Below are positions 8,128 to 16,467 of a stretch of 24,000 nucleotides of DNA, one piece after another. This DNA comes from an uncultured Enterovibrio sp. (GTDB lineage: Bacteria; Pseudomonadota; Gammaproteobacteria; Enterobacterales; Vibrionaceae). The notes beneath the pieces are model-generated. The model was not told the DNA's origin and made no database searches. It saw only the letters and a program-made list of their open reading frames with translations. The DNA lies in the NCBI GenBank assembly GCA_947040595.1, contig CAMRBZ010000013.1:5730-29729 (forward strand), written 5' to 3'. The translations under genes and the position numbers were made by a program. Every line of letters starts with the position of its first letter. Position 1 is the first letter of the stretch.

Positions 8128-8577
8128 ATGAAATATCAACAACTTGAGAATCTAGAAGCTGGATGGAAATGGACCTATTTGGTTAAAAAACATAAAGAAG
8201 GCATCAATATCACACATTATATTGACACTTCAGAGACGCATGCAGCGATGCAATTGCTTTTATCGATGGAGCATAAACCTACAGAGGTTTCTTTATGGAT
8301 CCAAGAGCATATGCAAATAACTCTGGAGATAAAACTGAAACAAGCGATCAGAGCCAAGCGAAAACGCCACTTTAATGCTGAGCAAGAGCATACCCGTAAA
8401 AAATCAATTGATTTGGATTTTAGAGTGTGGGAGCGTTTATCAATAAAAGCCCATGAACTGGATGCAACCTTGTCTGATACCATTGAGTTTCTTCTTAGCG
8501 AAGAACACCGCTCTTACGATAAAAGTAAAAAGGTTGATGCTTTGAAAAAAGACCTTAATCGTTTACTTAGCTCATAA
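8128..8577 (+). CDS. matP: Macrodomain Ter protein MatP
   Basis: The N-terminus MKYQQLENLEAGWKWTYLVKKH and central RAKRKRHFNAEQEHTRKKSIDL are almost identical to E. coli MatP. Start set at the ATG at 8128 rather than the ORF opening at 8092. Confidence 0.95.
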   Translation: MKYQQLENLEAGWKWTYLVKKHKEGINITHYIDTSETHAAMQLLLSMEHKPTEVSLWIQEHMQITLEIKLKQAIRAKRKRHFNAEQEHTRKKSIDLDFRVWERLSIKAHELDATLSDTIEFLLSEEHRSYDKSKKVDALKKDLNRLLSS

Positions 8578-8592
8578 ATGAAAGGGGGACTC

Positions 8593-8641
8593 AGCGGATA
8601 AACGAAGAATGAATGTGCGTTTGCTTCTTATCCGCTTTTTT
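8593..8641 (+). terminator. matP terminator
   Basis: 9-bp stem AGCGGATAA/TTATCCGCT with a long, partly paired loop, followed by 6 T. Confidence 0.6.
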
Positions 8642-8658
8642 GGCTGGTGGATCTTGAT

Positions 8659-8686
8659 TAAAAATCCCTAAAGATGCTAAGGGATC
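8659..8686 (-). terminator. Terminator of the HDOD gene
   Basis: The minus strand reads ATCCCT-tagcatcttt-AGGGAT followed by TTTTT. Confidence 0.55.
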
Positions 8687-8708
8687 TTTTCTTATCAAAA
8701 GGGCCGTT

Positions 8709-9548
8709 TTAGATCAGAGATTGGGCAAGCTCTCGTCCCGCGCCACGTTGTTCTTGCATCATTTCAAACACCGTCTCATCACACCCCAACATACTGTACT
8801 CAAGCTGGTGGAGTAGCCAGTCTTTTTTTGCTATCTCATCGTTTGAAAACGCATCCCAATTTTCATCGATTTTCCTCGCCAAATTGATCATGGCGGGCAA
8901 TTGGTGGTGTTCATCTTCTTGCGTGAAGGTAAATTGATTTGAAATGGCATAAATAAGCTTGTCTGTGAATTTCCAATTTTTCGCGAGAGTGCCTCCCACT
9001 TTTGCACAATCGGTATTTAATACAATTTGTTGTGCTTCAGGTTTCGATTTTCCAGCTTCCACATGGAGGGCGACCTTTTCTATTTTATCGGGATAAACCG
9101 TGTAAATCAGTAAATCGCCGATGTTATGGAGCATGGCGGCCGTAAAGGCTTCATTTTGATCGGCTTTGAGTTGTTTTGCTAAACTTTTGCAAAGTGTGGC
9201 CACTTCAAAGGTGGTCCCCCAAAAGATCTTTAAATCTAATCCGTCTATTTGAGGAAAAGAACTCATCAGGGCAGAGGCGGTGACAAGGGTGCGTATCGGG
9301 CCTAATCCCACGCGGATCACCGCCTCTTCGATTGAAGAAACGGATTTACCTCGGCCAAAATGTGCAGAATTGGATAAACGCAGAATACGCGCACTGATCA
9401 CGGGGTCTTGAGATATCTTTTCTGAGATTTTATTCATCTCGGCGTTTGGATGGTTTACAAGATCCATCAGCTCTTGAACGACTTTGGGTATTTTGGGCAT
9501 TTTATCGACTTGTGAGAGCAGATATTTCGTCGTCATGTTGAATTCCAT
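8709..9548 (-). CDS. HDOD domain protein (HD-related output domain, signalling-associated)
   Basis: Typical HDOD N-terminal pattern: PKIPKVVQELMDLVNHPNAEMNKISEKISQDPVISARILRLSNSAHFG...EEAVIRVGL. An alternative start is the ATG at 9536. Confidence 0.8.
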   Translation of the reverse strand: MEFNMTTKYLLSQVDKMPKIPKVVQELMDLVNHPNAEMNKISEKISQDPVISARILRLSNSAHFGRGKSVSSIEEAVIRVGLGPIRTLVTASALMSSFPQIDGLDLKIFWGTTFEVATLCKSLAKQLKADQNEAFTAAMLHNIGDLLIYTVYPDKIEKVALHVEAGKSKPEAQQIVLNTDCAKVGGTLAKNWKFTDKLIYAISNQFTFTQEDEHHQLPAMINLARKIDENWDAFSNDEIAKKDWLLHQLEYSMLGCDETVFEMMQEQRGAGRELAQSLI

Positions 9549-9677
9549 TTCAAGAGAAAAAACAGATATTTAAAAGTTTAAAACTAAATGGTGTTCTTTT
9601 TTTTTGTATGGCATTTTCGATATGGGAAAAAGCGATAAATGCGAGAAGGCCATTGTTTTTGAAACCTTATTTTCATT

Positions 9678-11348
9678 TCATTGCCTAATAATGACGTTTT
9701 TTGTTTTCTTGATAGGGGCCCTTTTTCTGATAGATTCTTTTCCTTTTTCGTATTGATAAAAATGAAAGAAATTTTTCCCGTTATTTTTGACGAAGTACAT
9801 TGATTCATCGGCTTTTTCAATGAGTTGTGATATCCCTAATCCGTGTTCTGGAAAAAGAGAAATACCAATACTTGAGCCGACATTTGCCAATTGTTCATGG
9901 CCAATTTCAATGGGTTGGGCAATTTGATATTGAAGATCTTCTGCGATGTCTGAAACGGCGCCTTTGTCGTTCTGTGAATACGAAAAGCCAATTAAAAATT
10001 CATCCCCCCCCCAGCGAGAAAGCACATCGGTCCCTCTGAAAAATTGTTTTATACGATTTGCGACAGCGGAGATCACCTTGTCGCCAGCATCATGCCCATA
10101 GGTGTCGTTGACCCGTTTAAAACCGTCTAAATCAATCATGAGGACGGCAAAATTTCGTCTTCTTTTTTCTGCATCTAGAATCGATTTTTCTAACTTTATC
10201 ATGCTCGCCCGCCGATTAAGCAGCAAGGTCATGGGGTCATGCTCGGCTTCATAGATGATATTTTGTTCACGCTCTGCACGCTCTGTAATGTCATAAACCA
10301 CCAATTCCAATACACTGTCGTCTGGATTGTTAATGTCTTCAACTTTAGAAAAAAGACAATGTACCCATTTATCAGGGACACGGACCTTGTGTTTTAATTG
10401 AATGTCGATGGCACAAAACTGGTTTCCCGGTTTTATCCAGAAATCGGCGATGAACTCTTTGACGTCTTGTGGGTTATAAAAATAGTCTGTGAAGTCGTTT
10501 TTTTTAATGGAATCACTGTCCACGATGAAGGTTTGCCCTATCAGGCGTAAAAGAGCTGGGTTTGCAACGATCAATTGATTGGTATTGTCAAGCAGTCCAA
10601 TACCGGCGCTGGCCCTTTCAAAAATCAAACGAAACTTTTTAGAGAGGTTTTCTGTTTTAGCGCGTAAGTCTCTTTCATTGTTTATTTTGTGATTGACCGC
10701 ATCCAGTAATTCATTGATGTCTCCCACCAAAGCCCCTATTTCATTGTGTTGATGTCCTTGTGGGGCTTTTAGACGGGTTCGGTCTCCAGGGGCGATGAGG
10801 TGAAAACGTTGTACCAAGTTTTTCATGGGTTTTGTGAGGATGCGGTTCACGATGTAGAGGGTGAGCAAGGTGACGATGATGGAGTAAAAAATAAGTAAGC
10901 TGACTTGTACTTTTGCCAAAGTGATGGCGTTATTTTCGATATAGTCATGATTTGGATAAATGATCAAATCGCCCATTTTCTCTTTTTTATTAAAAGGAGA
11001 GAGAATTGGAAAAACCATTTTTTTGTGGGTTGCCTTCACGCCGATTTCTGGCAAGGACAAAGAAAAGAGGCCTTTTTCTGTTGTGAGTTTTGAACCAGAA
11101 ATAATGTCGTTTGCTTGAAGTCCTTGAAGCACTTCATTGGCGAGCTCAAGATTCCCGAGGTACAAAGAGATGGCGGTATTTTTTTCAACGGTTTGAACGA
11201 TTTGTTTTATTTGTGTACGAGAATGGGTGAGCTCTTGATCATACGAAATAAAAAAGAAAATAACGGAAGCAAGGACGGTCATTGCGATCGCACCCGTCGC
11301 CACGCCCGTGGCGACGCGAATATGAATTTTCTTATTCAATATTTTCAA
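9678..11348 (-). CDS. Membrane diguanylate cyclase: TM, periplasmic loop, TM, HAMP, PAS, GGDEF (intact GGDEF and RxxD I-site), apparent TTG start
   Basis: Active-site motif RWGGDEF, with RGTD five residues upstream. Two hydrophobic helices (res ~13-35 and ~150-172) flank a loop of about 115 aa. A HAMP-like segment follows TM2. SD AAGGTGG lies 8-9 nt upstream of the TTG at 11348. Confidence 0.9.
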   Translation of the reverse strand: MKILNKKIHIRVATGVATGAIAMTVLASVIFFFISYDQELTHSRTQIKQIVQTVEKNTAISLYLGNLELANEVLQGLQANDIISGSKLTTEKGLFSLSLPEIGVKATHKKMVFPILSPFNKKEKMGDLIIYPNHDYIENNAITLAKVQVSLLIFYSIIVTLLTLYIVNRILTKPMKNLVQRFHLIAPGDRTRLKAPQGHQHNEIGALVGDINELLDAVNHKINNERDLRAKTENLSKKFRLIFERASAGIGLLDNTNQLIVANPALLRLIGQTFIVDSDSIKKNDFTDYFYNPQDVKEFIADFWIKPGNQFCAIDIQLKHKVRVPDKWVHCLFSKVEDINNPDDSVLELVVYDITERAEREQNIIYEAEHDPMTLLLNRRASMIKLEKSILDAEKRRRNFAVLMIDLDGFKRVNDTYGHDAGDKVISAVANRIKQFFRGTDVLSRWGGDEFLIGFSYSQNDKGAVSDIAEDLQYQIAQPIEIGHEQLANVGSSIGISLFPEHGLGISQLIEKADESMYFVKNNGKNFFHFYQYEKGKESIRKRAPIKKTKNVIIRQ

Positions 11349-11766
11349 ATCTGTATACCACCTTTAAGTTACCAATCACGGTTGCGTCATCTAAATAGGC
11401 AATGGCATTTTTGTTGTTTTGGACAAAGGTAACAATCTCTGGCCCGGATAATTTTGTTGTGGGGGGTTCTGCTTTTCCTGTAAAGAGGAGCCTGGCCCAA
11501 TAGGCGTTAATTTGGGCGATGGACTTGCCGACGAGACGTGAATAGAATTCAACTTTGATCTGGCTGTCTTGGGGGTGATCGGTTGTATTTGCAGTATGGC
11601 CATTTGGATAAGAATTAAACCGTCCCATGTAAATGTCAGTGAGTTGCCGTGATGAAAGGGCTTCGACGGGGTTGTTTTGATTGACGACCACAATCAAATC
11701 CGCATGCACATTCCCTTGCCAAGCGAGGAGGATCAGAGTGAGGTAGAGAAGACGGAGGAGGTCCAT
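11332..11766 (-). CDS. Small secreted PstS/PBP_like_2-type periplasmic binding-fold protein (144 aa)
   Basis: Signal peptide MDLLRLLYLTLILLAWQGNVHA. The mature part has the pattern I associate with short phosphate-binding-protein-like domains (IVVVNQNNPVEALSSRQLTDIYMG...AYWARLLFTGKAEPP...AIAYLD). It overlaps the DGC start by 17 nt. Confidence 0.7.
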   Translation of the reverse strand: MDLLRLLYLTLILLAWQGNVHADLIVVVNQNNPVEALSSRQLTDIYMGRFNSYPNGHTANTTDHPQDSQIKVEFYSRLVGKSIAQINAYWARLLFTGKAEPPTTKLSGPEIVTFVQNNKNAIAYLDDATVIGNLKVVYRFENIE

Positions 11767-13031
11767 CAGAAAATAAAACTGACACTGAAAGAGAGGGTAT
11801 CAATGTGCTCTGGCGCGTTCGTGTTTAAACTTGCTTCTGTGATCCCCCAGGCTCCAATGTGATTGGCTTTCAACCAGGTGCGTTCAATTTGGCCTTTTAG
11901 CGCGACATTTGAACCTAAATCAATTCTGACGCCTAATCCGAACGTTTCTTGGTCAATGATACGCGCATTGAGGGTGTTATTGATCATGTTATAGGCTGAG
12001 GCAATTTGTGGGATCATCAAACTGTTTGAAAGTGGGGCGCTCAATTCATATTGCGCGCCGATGGATTTTTCTTTTGACACAAAGCCATAAACGCTTGTGT
12101 TGTTAATGACGCGCCCAATACTGAGATAGGCCGCCGCTAAATCTGGAAAAAAGACCCATTCTGTGTCGGTGTAACTGATCTCTGATTGAACATTCCAGTC
12201 TCCAGTTTCATACAAGGCGCCCAGTGAAAAATAAGAAATGCGTGTATCCACAAATTTGAAATCAGAAGCAATTTGTTTGGCTTCGGGCCAGAGAAAGGAG
12301 ATCCCGGGGGTGTTATTTAAAAAGAGGGAAAAGCTCTGTGCTGGCTCTCCTTCTTTGACGTTTGTCGTGCTGCTGACGGCGGAGAATAACCAATCTTGAA
12401 CGGAATAACTGAATTTTACCCCGTAAATATGTGACAGCGTCACATTGTGAGTGGTGTCGATGGTTTCAATGCCAAGTTCTGAATAGCCTGAAAAAAGCCG
12501 CGTTTCAAAAATGCCTTCGCCAAGAGGAAAACGGTAAGAAATGTCCCCGCCATTGATATACGTGACCGGGATGGAAGCATAAAAACCGGTGATGGGTTTT
12601 GTCCAAAGGTAGGCAAAATTGACGTCTCTGTATTCTGAAAGCATGTATATCGGTGTTGCGATACGGCCGACTCTGATGGAGGTATGAGATGCAATATTGT
12701 ATCGAAGAAAGGCTAAAGTGAGGGTTTTGTTTAAATCATTGTCGAGTCTGTCTTGAAAAACGCCTTGTAGAACCACAGAGAAAGAATCACTGATTTTACT
12801 GTTCAGTTGAACGCCAAATGCGGAGCCCGTTTTGAGATCCCATTTATCATAAATCCCTGATTTTGTCAGATCGTAGAGGAATCCAATGTCTTGTGTTCCT
12901 GAGTGAATAAGACTGACGTTACCAAAACCACTCACACTGAAAATATCATCGGCCTCAAGATGAAAAGAGAGGGCGACGAGTGGAAGGGATAAAAGGGCGC
13001 TGGAAAGCCTCGATTTAGATGATCTAGACAT
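11766..13031 (-). CDS. Putative outer-membrane beta-barrel (porin-like) protein, 421 aa
   Basis: Signal peptide ending ..SFHLEA/DD, alternating amphipathic beta-strand pattern, aromatic C-terminus ..SFSVSFIF. Its TGA overlaps the ATG of the next gene by 1 nt (TGATG). Confidence 0.7.
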   Translation of the reverse strand: MSRSSKSRLSSALLSLPLVALSFHLEADDIFSVSGFGNVSLIHSGTQDIGFLYDLTKSGIYDKWDLKTGSAFGVQLNSKISDSFSVVLQGVFQDRLDNDLNKTLTLAFLRYNIASHTSIRVGRIATPIYMLSEYRDVNFAYLWTKPITGFYASIPVTYINGGDISYRFPLGEGIFETRLFSGYSELGIETIDTTHNVTLSHIYGVKFSYSVQDWLFSAVSSTTNVKEGEPAQSFSLFLNNTPGISFLWPEAKQIASDFKFVDTRISYFSLGALYETGDWNVQSEISYTDTEWVFFPDLAAAYLSIGRVINNTSVYGFVSKEKSIGAQYELSAPLSNSLMIPQIASAYNMINNTLNARIIDQETFGLGVRIDLGSNVALKGQIERTWLKANHIGAWGITEASLNTNAPEHIDTLSFSVSFIF

Positions 13032-13318
13032 GTCTCATTATTGTTTTCGATACATTTATTGTAAATATAAGACATATTTCTGAATGTGGCTTGAATTCTG
13101 CCTGTGAGCACAAGTAACCAAGCAGACGCTTTAAAGAAAAAGGATATTTTTTCGCAAAGACGGTCCTTGCCCCTTACTGGACGTGTTTTTTTAGCGCAAG
13201 ATCCTTTCTTTTTGTTTAAAAATCAGAGCTAAAGAAAAGAGGATGACGGAAGGATTTGTTCATTCACCATGGTATGCTTTTCAATGAAGGCCTCATCAGT
13301 AAGCCGAATAAAAATCCA

Positions 13319-14077
13319 ATGACTCTAAAGAAGAAGAAAAAGAGAGGGGCAATGCAATTTCCATATCAAAATATTATTGTGCTGACTGGCGCTGGGATTT
13401 CTGCGGAATCTGGAATTAAAACATTTCGTTCAGAAGACGGACTCTGGGAAGATCATGCCATTGAGGACGTTGCGACCCCGGAAGGGTTTATGCGAAATCC
13501 GACCTTGGTTCAGTCTTTTTATAATGGACTTCGAAAAAATCTTCAAGATGGGATTTTCCCTAATAAAGCCCATGAGGCATTGGCTCGATTAGAGCAGGAG
13601 CTGGAAGGGAAGGTGACGATTATCACGCAGAATATCGATGATCTGCATGAAAAGGCGGGAAGCAAAAATGTGATCCACATGCACGGTGAGCTTCTTAAAG
13701 TACGGTGTCTTCAATCGAATCAAGTCATTTCGTGGTTTGACGCTGTGACACAAAGCACTCTTTGCTCTTGTTGCAGCACGCCTTCCCCTTTGCGCCCTCA
13801 TATCGTTTGGTTTGGCGAAATGCCTTTGTTTATGGGACAAATTCAAAAAGCCTTGCTGGAGGCCGATCTTTTCATTTCTATTGGCACCTCTGGGGTTGTT
13901 TATCCCGCAGCCGGGTTTGTTCAGGAGGCAGGAATGAACGGGGCTAAAACACTTGAGATCAATCTTGAGCCCAGTGCGGTAGAAAGTGAATTTGAAGAAA
14001 AGCGCTACGGAAAAGCCAGTGTACTTGTGCCTGAACTTGTTGAAGAGCTCTTGTTACAGCCTTACAAGGAGGATTAA
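13319..14077 (+). CDS. cobB: NAD-dependent protein deacylase CobB (Sir2 family). Long form starts at 13319, and a second SD-preceded ATG is at 13352
   Basis: [32 protein letters not shown], Cys-rich zinc module, and RPHIVWFGE as in E. coli CobB. A Lys-rich extension [11 protein letters not shown] precedes MQFPYQ. Confidence 0.92.
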   Translation: MTLKKKKKRGAMQFPYQNIIVLTGAGISAESGIKTFRSEDGLWEDHAIEDVATPEGFMRNPTLVQSFYNGLRKNLQDGIFPNKAHEALARLEQELEGKVTIITQNIDDLHEKAGSKNVIHMHGELLKVRCLQSNQVISWFDAVTQSTLCSCCSTPSPLRPHIVWFGEMPLFMGQIQKALLEADLFISIGTSGVVYPAAGFVQEAGMNGAKTLEINLEPSAVESEFEEKRYGKASVLVPELVEELLLQPYKED

Positions 14078-14129
14078 TGGGATGCTTGAAGCTGGCCCAA
14101 AAAGGGTAAAAAACAGGTCTTTTATCTTA

Positions 14130-14157
14130 AGCCTCTGACTTCGGTTAGGGCTTTTTT
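14130..14157 (+). terminator. cobB terminator
   Basis: Hairpin AGCC(t)CTGAC-TTCG-GTTAGGGCT with a UUCG tetraloop, followed by 6 T. Confidence 0.8.
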
Positions 14158-14166
14158 AAGTGTTCC

Positions 14167-14183
14167 TAACGCACTATAACTTT
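14167..14183. repeat. 17-nt block TAACGCACTATAACTTT, copy A (identical copy at 21197-21213)
   Basis: Exact identity read from the sequence. Both copies are intergenic, in the same orientation, and each lies upstream of the 18-nt block below. Confidence 0.9.
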
Positions 14184-14329
14184 ATATTAAGAAATCAATT
14201 ATATTGGATTTCATGAAAATCAAGCCAAGCAAACGTATTGAATTCATCTTACATAAAACCTCTTTCTCAATATTCGAAGCGCAGGGGTGAAAAGGTAAAA
14301 AAAGGGGAGGGGTGTTGCGTTTATCGCTT

Positions 14330-14358
14330 GAAAAAAAGAAGGAGGAGGAAGGAAAAAA
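14330..14358 (+). repeat. 29-nt uninterrupted polypurine tract with stacked GGA/SD-like motifs (GAAAAAAAGAAGGAGGAGGAAGGAAAAAA)
   Basis: Read directly. It is preceded by further G-rich purine runs (GCAGGGGTGAAAAGG..GGGGAGGGGTG, 14281-14313). Confidence 0.9.
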
Positions 14359-14390
14359 CACGTCTTTTTTGAAACAAGGCAGAAGGCAGG

Positions 14391-14483
14391 ATGTCTATAC
14401 CCGTCGCCTTTGAAGCTGCGTGGGTGTTGGCTACGCTCATCTTCAATTCCTTTGGGTATAATGCCATTCAAATGATCGAATAA
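14391..14483 (+). CDS. Candidate 30-aa hydrophobic small protein MSIPVAFEAAWVLATLIFNSFGYNAIQMIE
   Basis: ATG start and TAA stop, with one predicted TM-length hydrophobic stretch. A purine-rich AAGG sits only 4 nt upstream. It lies between two convergent terminators where no other gene exists. No homolog recognised. Confidence 0.25.
   Translation: MSIPVAFEAAWVLATLIFNSFGYNAIQMIE
14396..14413. repeat. 18-nt block TATACCCGTCGCCTTTGA, copy A (identical copy at 21503-21520)
   Basis: Exact identity. It is followed in both copies by conserved TGTTGGCTA-n-GCTC (14425-14438 and 21538-21551), with CAGGATG adjacent. Confidence 0.9.
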
Positions 14484-14498
14484 AATCGCGTTTTGACT

Positions 14499-14527
14499 TA
14501 AAAAAGCACCGAAAAAACACGGTGCTT
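14499..14527 (-). terminator. potABCD operon terminator
   Basis: The minus strand reads AGCACCG-tgtttttt-CGGTGCT followed by TTTTT, 30 bp after the potD stop. Confidence 0.8.
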
Positions 14528-14556
14528 GTGATCACGTGCTGCCAAAAAAAGTGTTT

Positions 14557-15603
14557 TTATTGACCCGCTTTTAGTTTTTGAAAATACTCTTCATAAAGTA
14601 CGTTTTCCTTGCCTACGGAAACCTGCCATTCGCCTTTATCCATCACCTCTTGAGGTGGATAGACTGTTTGATTATTTCTAAATTCTTTGGGTAGAAAAGG
14701 GTCCGCCGCTTTAACTGGGGTAGGGTAACCAATTTCAATCGCAAAGCGGGCTGCATTTTCAGGACGAAGTAAAAAATCGATCATTTTATGGGCGGCTTCA
14801 ACGTTTTTCGCATTAACAGGGATGGCTAAGCTGTCCATCCAGAAAATCGCACCTTCTTTAGGCCAAATGATATCGATGGGGGCTTTTTCTTTTTTTGCCG
14901 TATAGGCAGAGCCATTCCAAAGCATCCCTAACTCCACTTCACCGGCAAGGTAAGGATTGCCTGGGGAGTCTGAATTAAACAACAAGACATTTGGCATGAT
15001 TTTTTTCAGTTCTTCGTAGGCTGCTTTAATCTCAGCAGGGTTTTTCGTATTGGCAGAATACCCTAATTTTTTCAATCCGATATGAAAAAATTCACGGGCA
15101 TCGTCCATCATTAAAAGCTGACCTTTGTATTTTGGATCCCATAATTGAGCCCATGAATCAAGGGTGCCTGGCTTGATGGTTTCTGTGTTATAGCCGATTC
15201 CCGTCGCGCCCCAGATGTAAGGAACCGAATATTGATTTTTTGGGTCAAACGGTTTGTCTAAGGTGTTGGGATCCAAACCTTTAAAGTGTTTTAGTTTCGT
15301 TTTATCAATTTTTTGTAGCATGTTCTCATCACGCATTTTTTCGACATAATACGTAGAGGGAACCACCAAATCATACCCTTTTGGATGCAACTTTAACTTT
15401 GCATACATGCTTTCATTGGATTCATACGTTGAGTAAAAAACTTTGATCCCTGTTTCTTTCGTAAATTCTTCAATGACGTCGCTTGGGATATATTCGGACC
15501 AGTTATAAAAATAAAGTTCTTTATTCTCTGCGGCTAAGGCGTAATTAAAAAAGACAGAAACAGAGATTGCACTGCCGAGGATGAATTTAGAAAGTGGTTT
15601 CAT
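14557..15603 (-). CDS. potD: Spermidine/putrescine ABC transporter periplasmic binding protein PotD
   Basis: 348 aa with a signal peptide, the same length as E. coli PotD, and last gene of a potABCD-ordered operon. Confidence 0.9.
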   Translation of the reverse strand: MKPLSKFILGSAISVSVFFNYALAAENKELYFYNWSEYIPSDVIEEFTKETGIKVFYSTYESNESMYAKLKLHPKGYDLVVPSTYYVEKMRDENMLQKIDKTKLKHFKGLDPNTLDKPFDPKNQYSVPYIWGATGIGYNTETIKPGTLDSWAQLWDPKYKGQLLMMDDAREFFHIGLKKLGYSANTKNPAEIKAAYEELKKIMPNVLLFNSDSPGNPYLAGEVELGMLWNGSAYTAKKEKAPIDIIWPKEGAIFWMDSLAIPVNAKNVEAAHKMIDFLLRPENAARFAIEIGYPTPVKAADPFLPKEFRNNQTVYPPQEVMDKGEWQVSVGKENVLYEEYFQKLKAGQ

Positions 15604-15690
15604 TGAGGACTCCTGCTGTTTGGGATGTTTGGATCATCGTCCCTAACCCAACGTATAAATAAAAAAAATGATGTGCAAATAGATGCATTC

Positions 15691-16467
15691 TCATGAAGGC
15701 TGCATTTTATTGCGTAACAAGCATTGTGAACAAATGATCAAGGCCAAAGATACAATCAGCATCAAGGTGGCGAGGGCATTGACTTCTGGAGAAATACCCA
15801 CTTTTACCATTGAATAAATCTTTAAGGGTAAAATCTCATAACTTGGGTTGGTTAAAAAGGAACTCACAATCACGTCATCCAGTGAAAGTGTAAAACTCAA
15901 AAGCCAACTTGCCGCAATTGCAGGGGCAGCTAAAGGCAAGATGATTTGGGTTAAAATAACCCATTCACTGGCCGCTAAATCCTTCGCTGCTTCCAACATG
16001 CGGACATCAAAGCCATTTAAACGGCTGTAGACCGTCACGACAACAAAAGGCAAGCAAAACGTAATATGAGAAAGCAAGAGCGTCAGAAAACCGAGCTCCG
16101 CGCCTAATACGATAAACAACGCCAAAAGAGAAATAGCCATCACGATATCAGGAGACATCATGACAATAAAAAGCATGCCGTTGACGATGTTTTTTCCTTT
16201 GAATCGATATCGAAAAAGGGCGACAGAGGTCAGGCTCCCAATAAGGGTGGCCACCGTTGCAGAAAAAACAGCAATGGTCATAGAATTTATGGCCGCTTGA
16301 ATCAAACTGTCGTTATTAAAGAGGGCGGTGTACCATTTTGTACTGAAACCCGCCCAGTGCATCCCAAATTTGCTCTCGTTCAATGAATTCACAATGAGAA
16401 TAAGAATGGGGATGTATAAAAAGGCGTAGACAATAAACATAAAGCTGGATTTAAAAAATCGACTCAT
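15691..16467 (-). CDS. potC: Spermidine/putrescine ABC transporter permease PotC
   Basis: Six-TM permease with EAA-loop region (LEAAKDLAASEW). There is a 4-nt overlap with potB. Confidence 0.9.
   Translation of the reverse strand: MSRFFKSSFMFIVYAFLYIPILILIVNSLNESKFGMHWAGFSTKWYTALFNNDSLIQAAINSMTIAVFSATVATLIGSLTSVALFRYRFKGKNIVNGMLFIVMMSPDIVMAISLLALFIVLGAELGFLTLLLSHITFCLPFVVVTVYSRLNGFDVRMLEAAKDLAASEWVILTQIILPLAAPAIAASWLLSFTLSLDDVIVSSFLTNPSYEILPLKIYSMVKVGISPEVNALATLMLIVSLALIICSQCLLRNKMQPS

Noticed and set aside
8109-8136. dif-like sequence (central TGTATA plus TTATGAAATAT resembling the XerD arm TTATGTTAAAT) at the matP start codon
   Set aside because: The XerC-arm side matches only about 4/11 positions, and the match overlaps the matP ATG. 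It is most likely chance in AT-rich DNA.
9584-9820. 78-aa minus-strand ORF overlapping the 3' end of the diguanylate cyclase gene
   Set aside because: It is out of frame with the GGDEF gene, Lys-rich and low-complexity, with no SD. It reads as AT-rich spacer translated.
13160-13192. Weak hairpin (ACGgTCC...GGACGT) plus T7 in the divergent OMP/cobB promoter region, possibly ending a short plus-strand RNA
   Set aside because: The stem is only 6 bp with a bulge and a 12-nt loop, and I could not find a convincing upstream promoter. The T-run may simply be promoter-region AT-richness.
14167-14183. Resemblance of the 17-mer core CACTATA to single-subunit phage RNAP promoters (T7, SP6 and K11 class)
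   Set aside because: Only the CACTATA heptamer matches and the flanks do not. There is no phage-type RNAP gene or other phage gene in the window.
14330-14393. CsrB/RsmZ-type CsrA-sponge RNA, suggested by stacked GGA motifs and CAGGATG
   Set aside because: Only about five GGA motifs are present and they are not displayed in repeated hairpin loops. Known sponges carry many more. No UvrY/GacA-type upstream palindrome was found; only a half-match TAAGAAAT occurs at 14188-14195.
14244-14471. 75-aa minus-strand ORF in the cobB/potD gap
   Set aside because: It is the translation of the pyrimidine complement of the polypurine tract (..FFLPPPSFF..), low-complexity, with no SD. It is treated as non-coding, and the region is reported as a finding instead.
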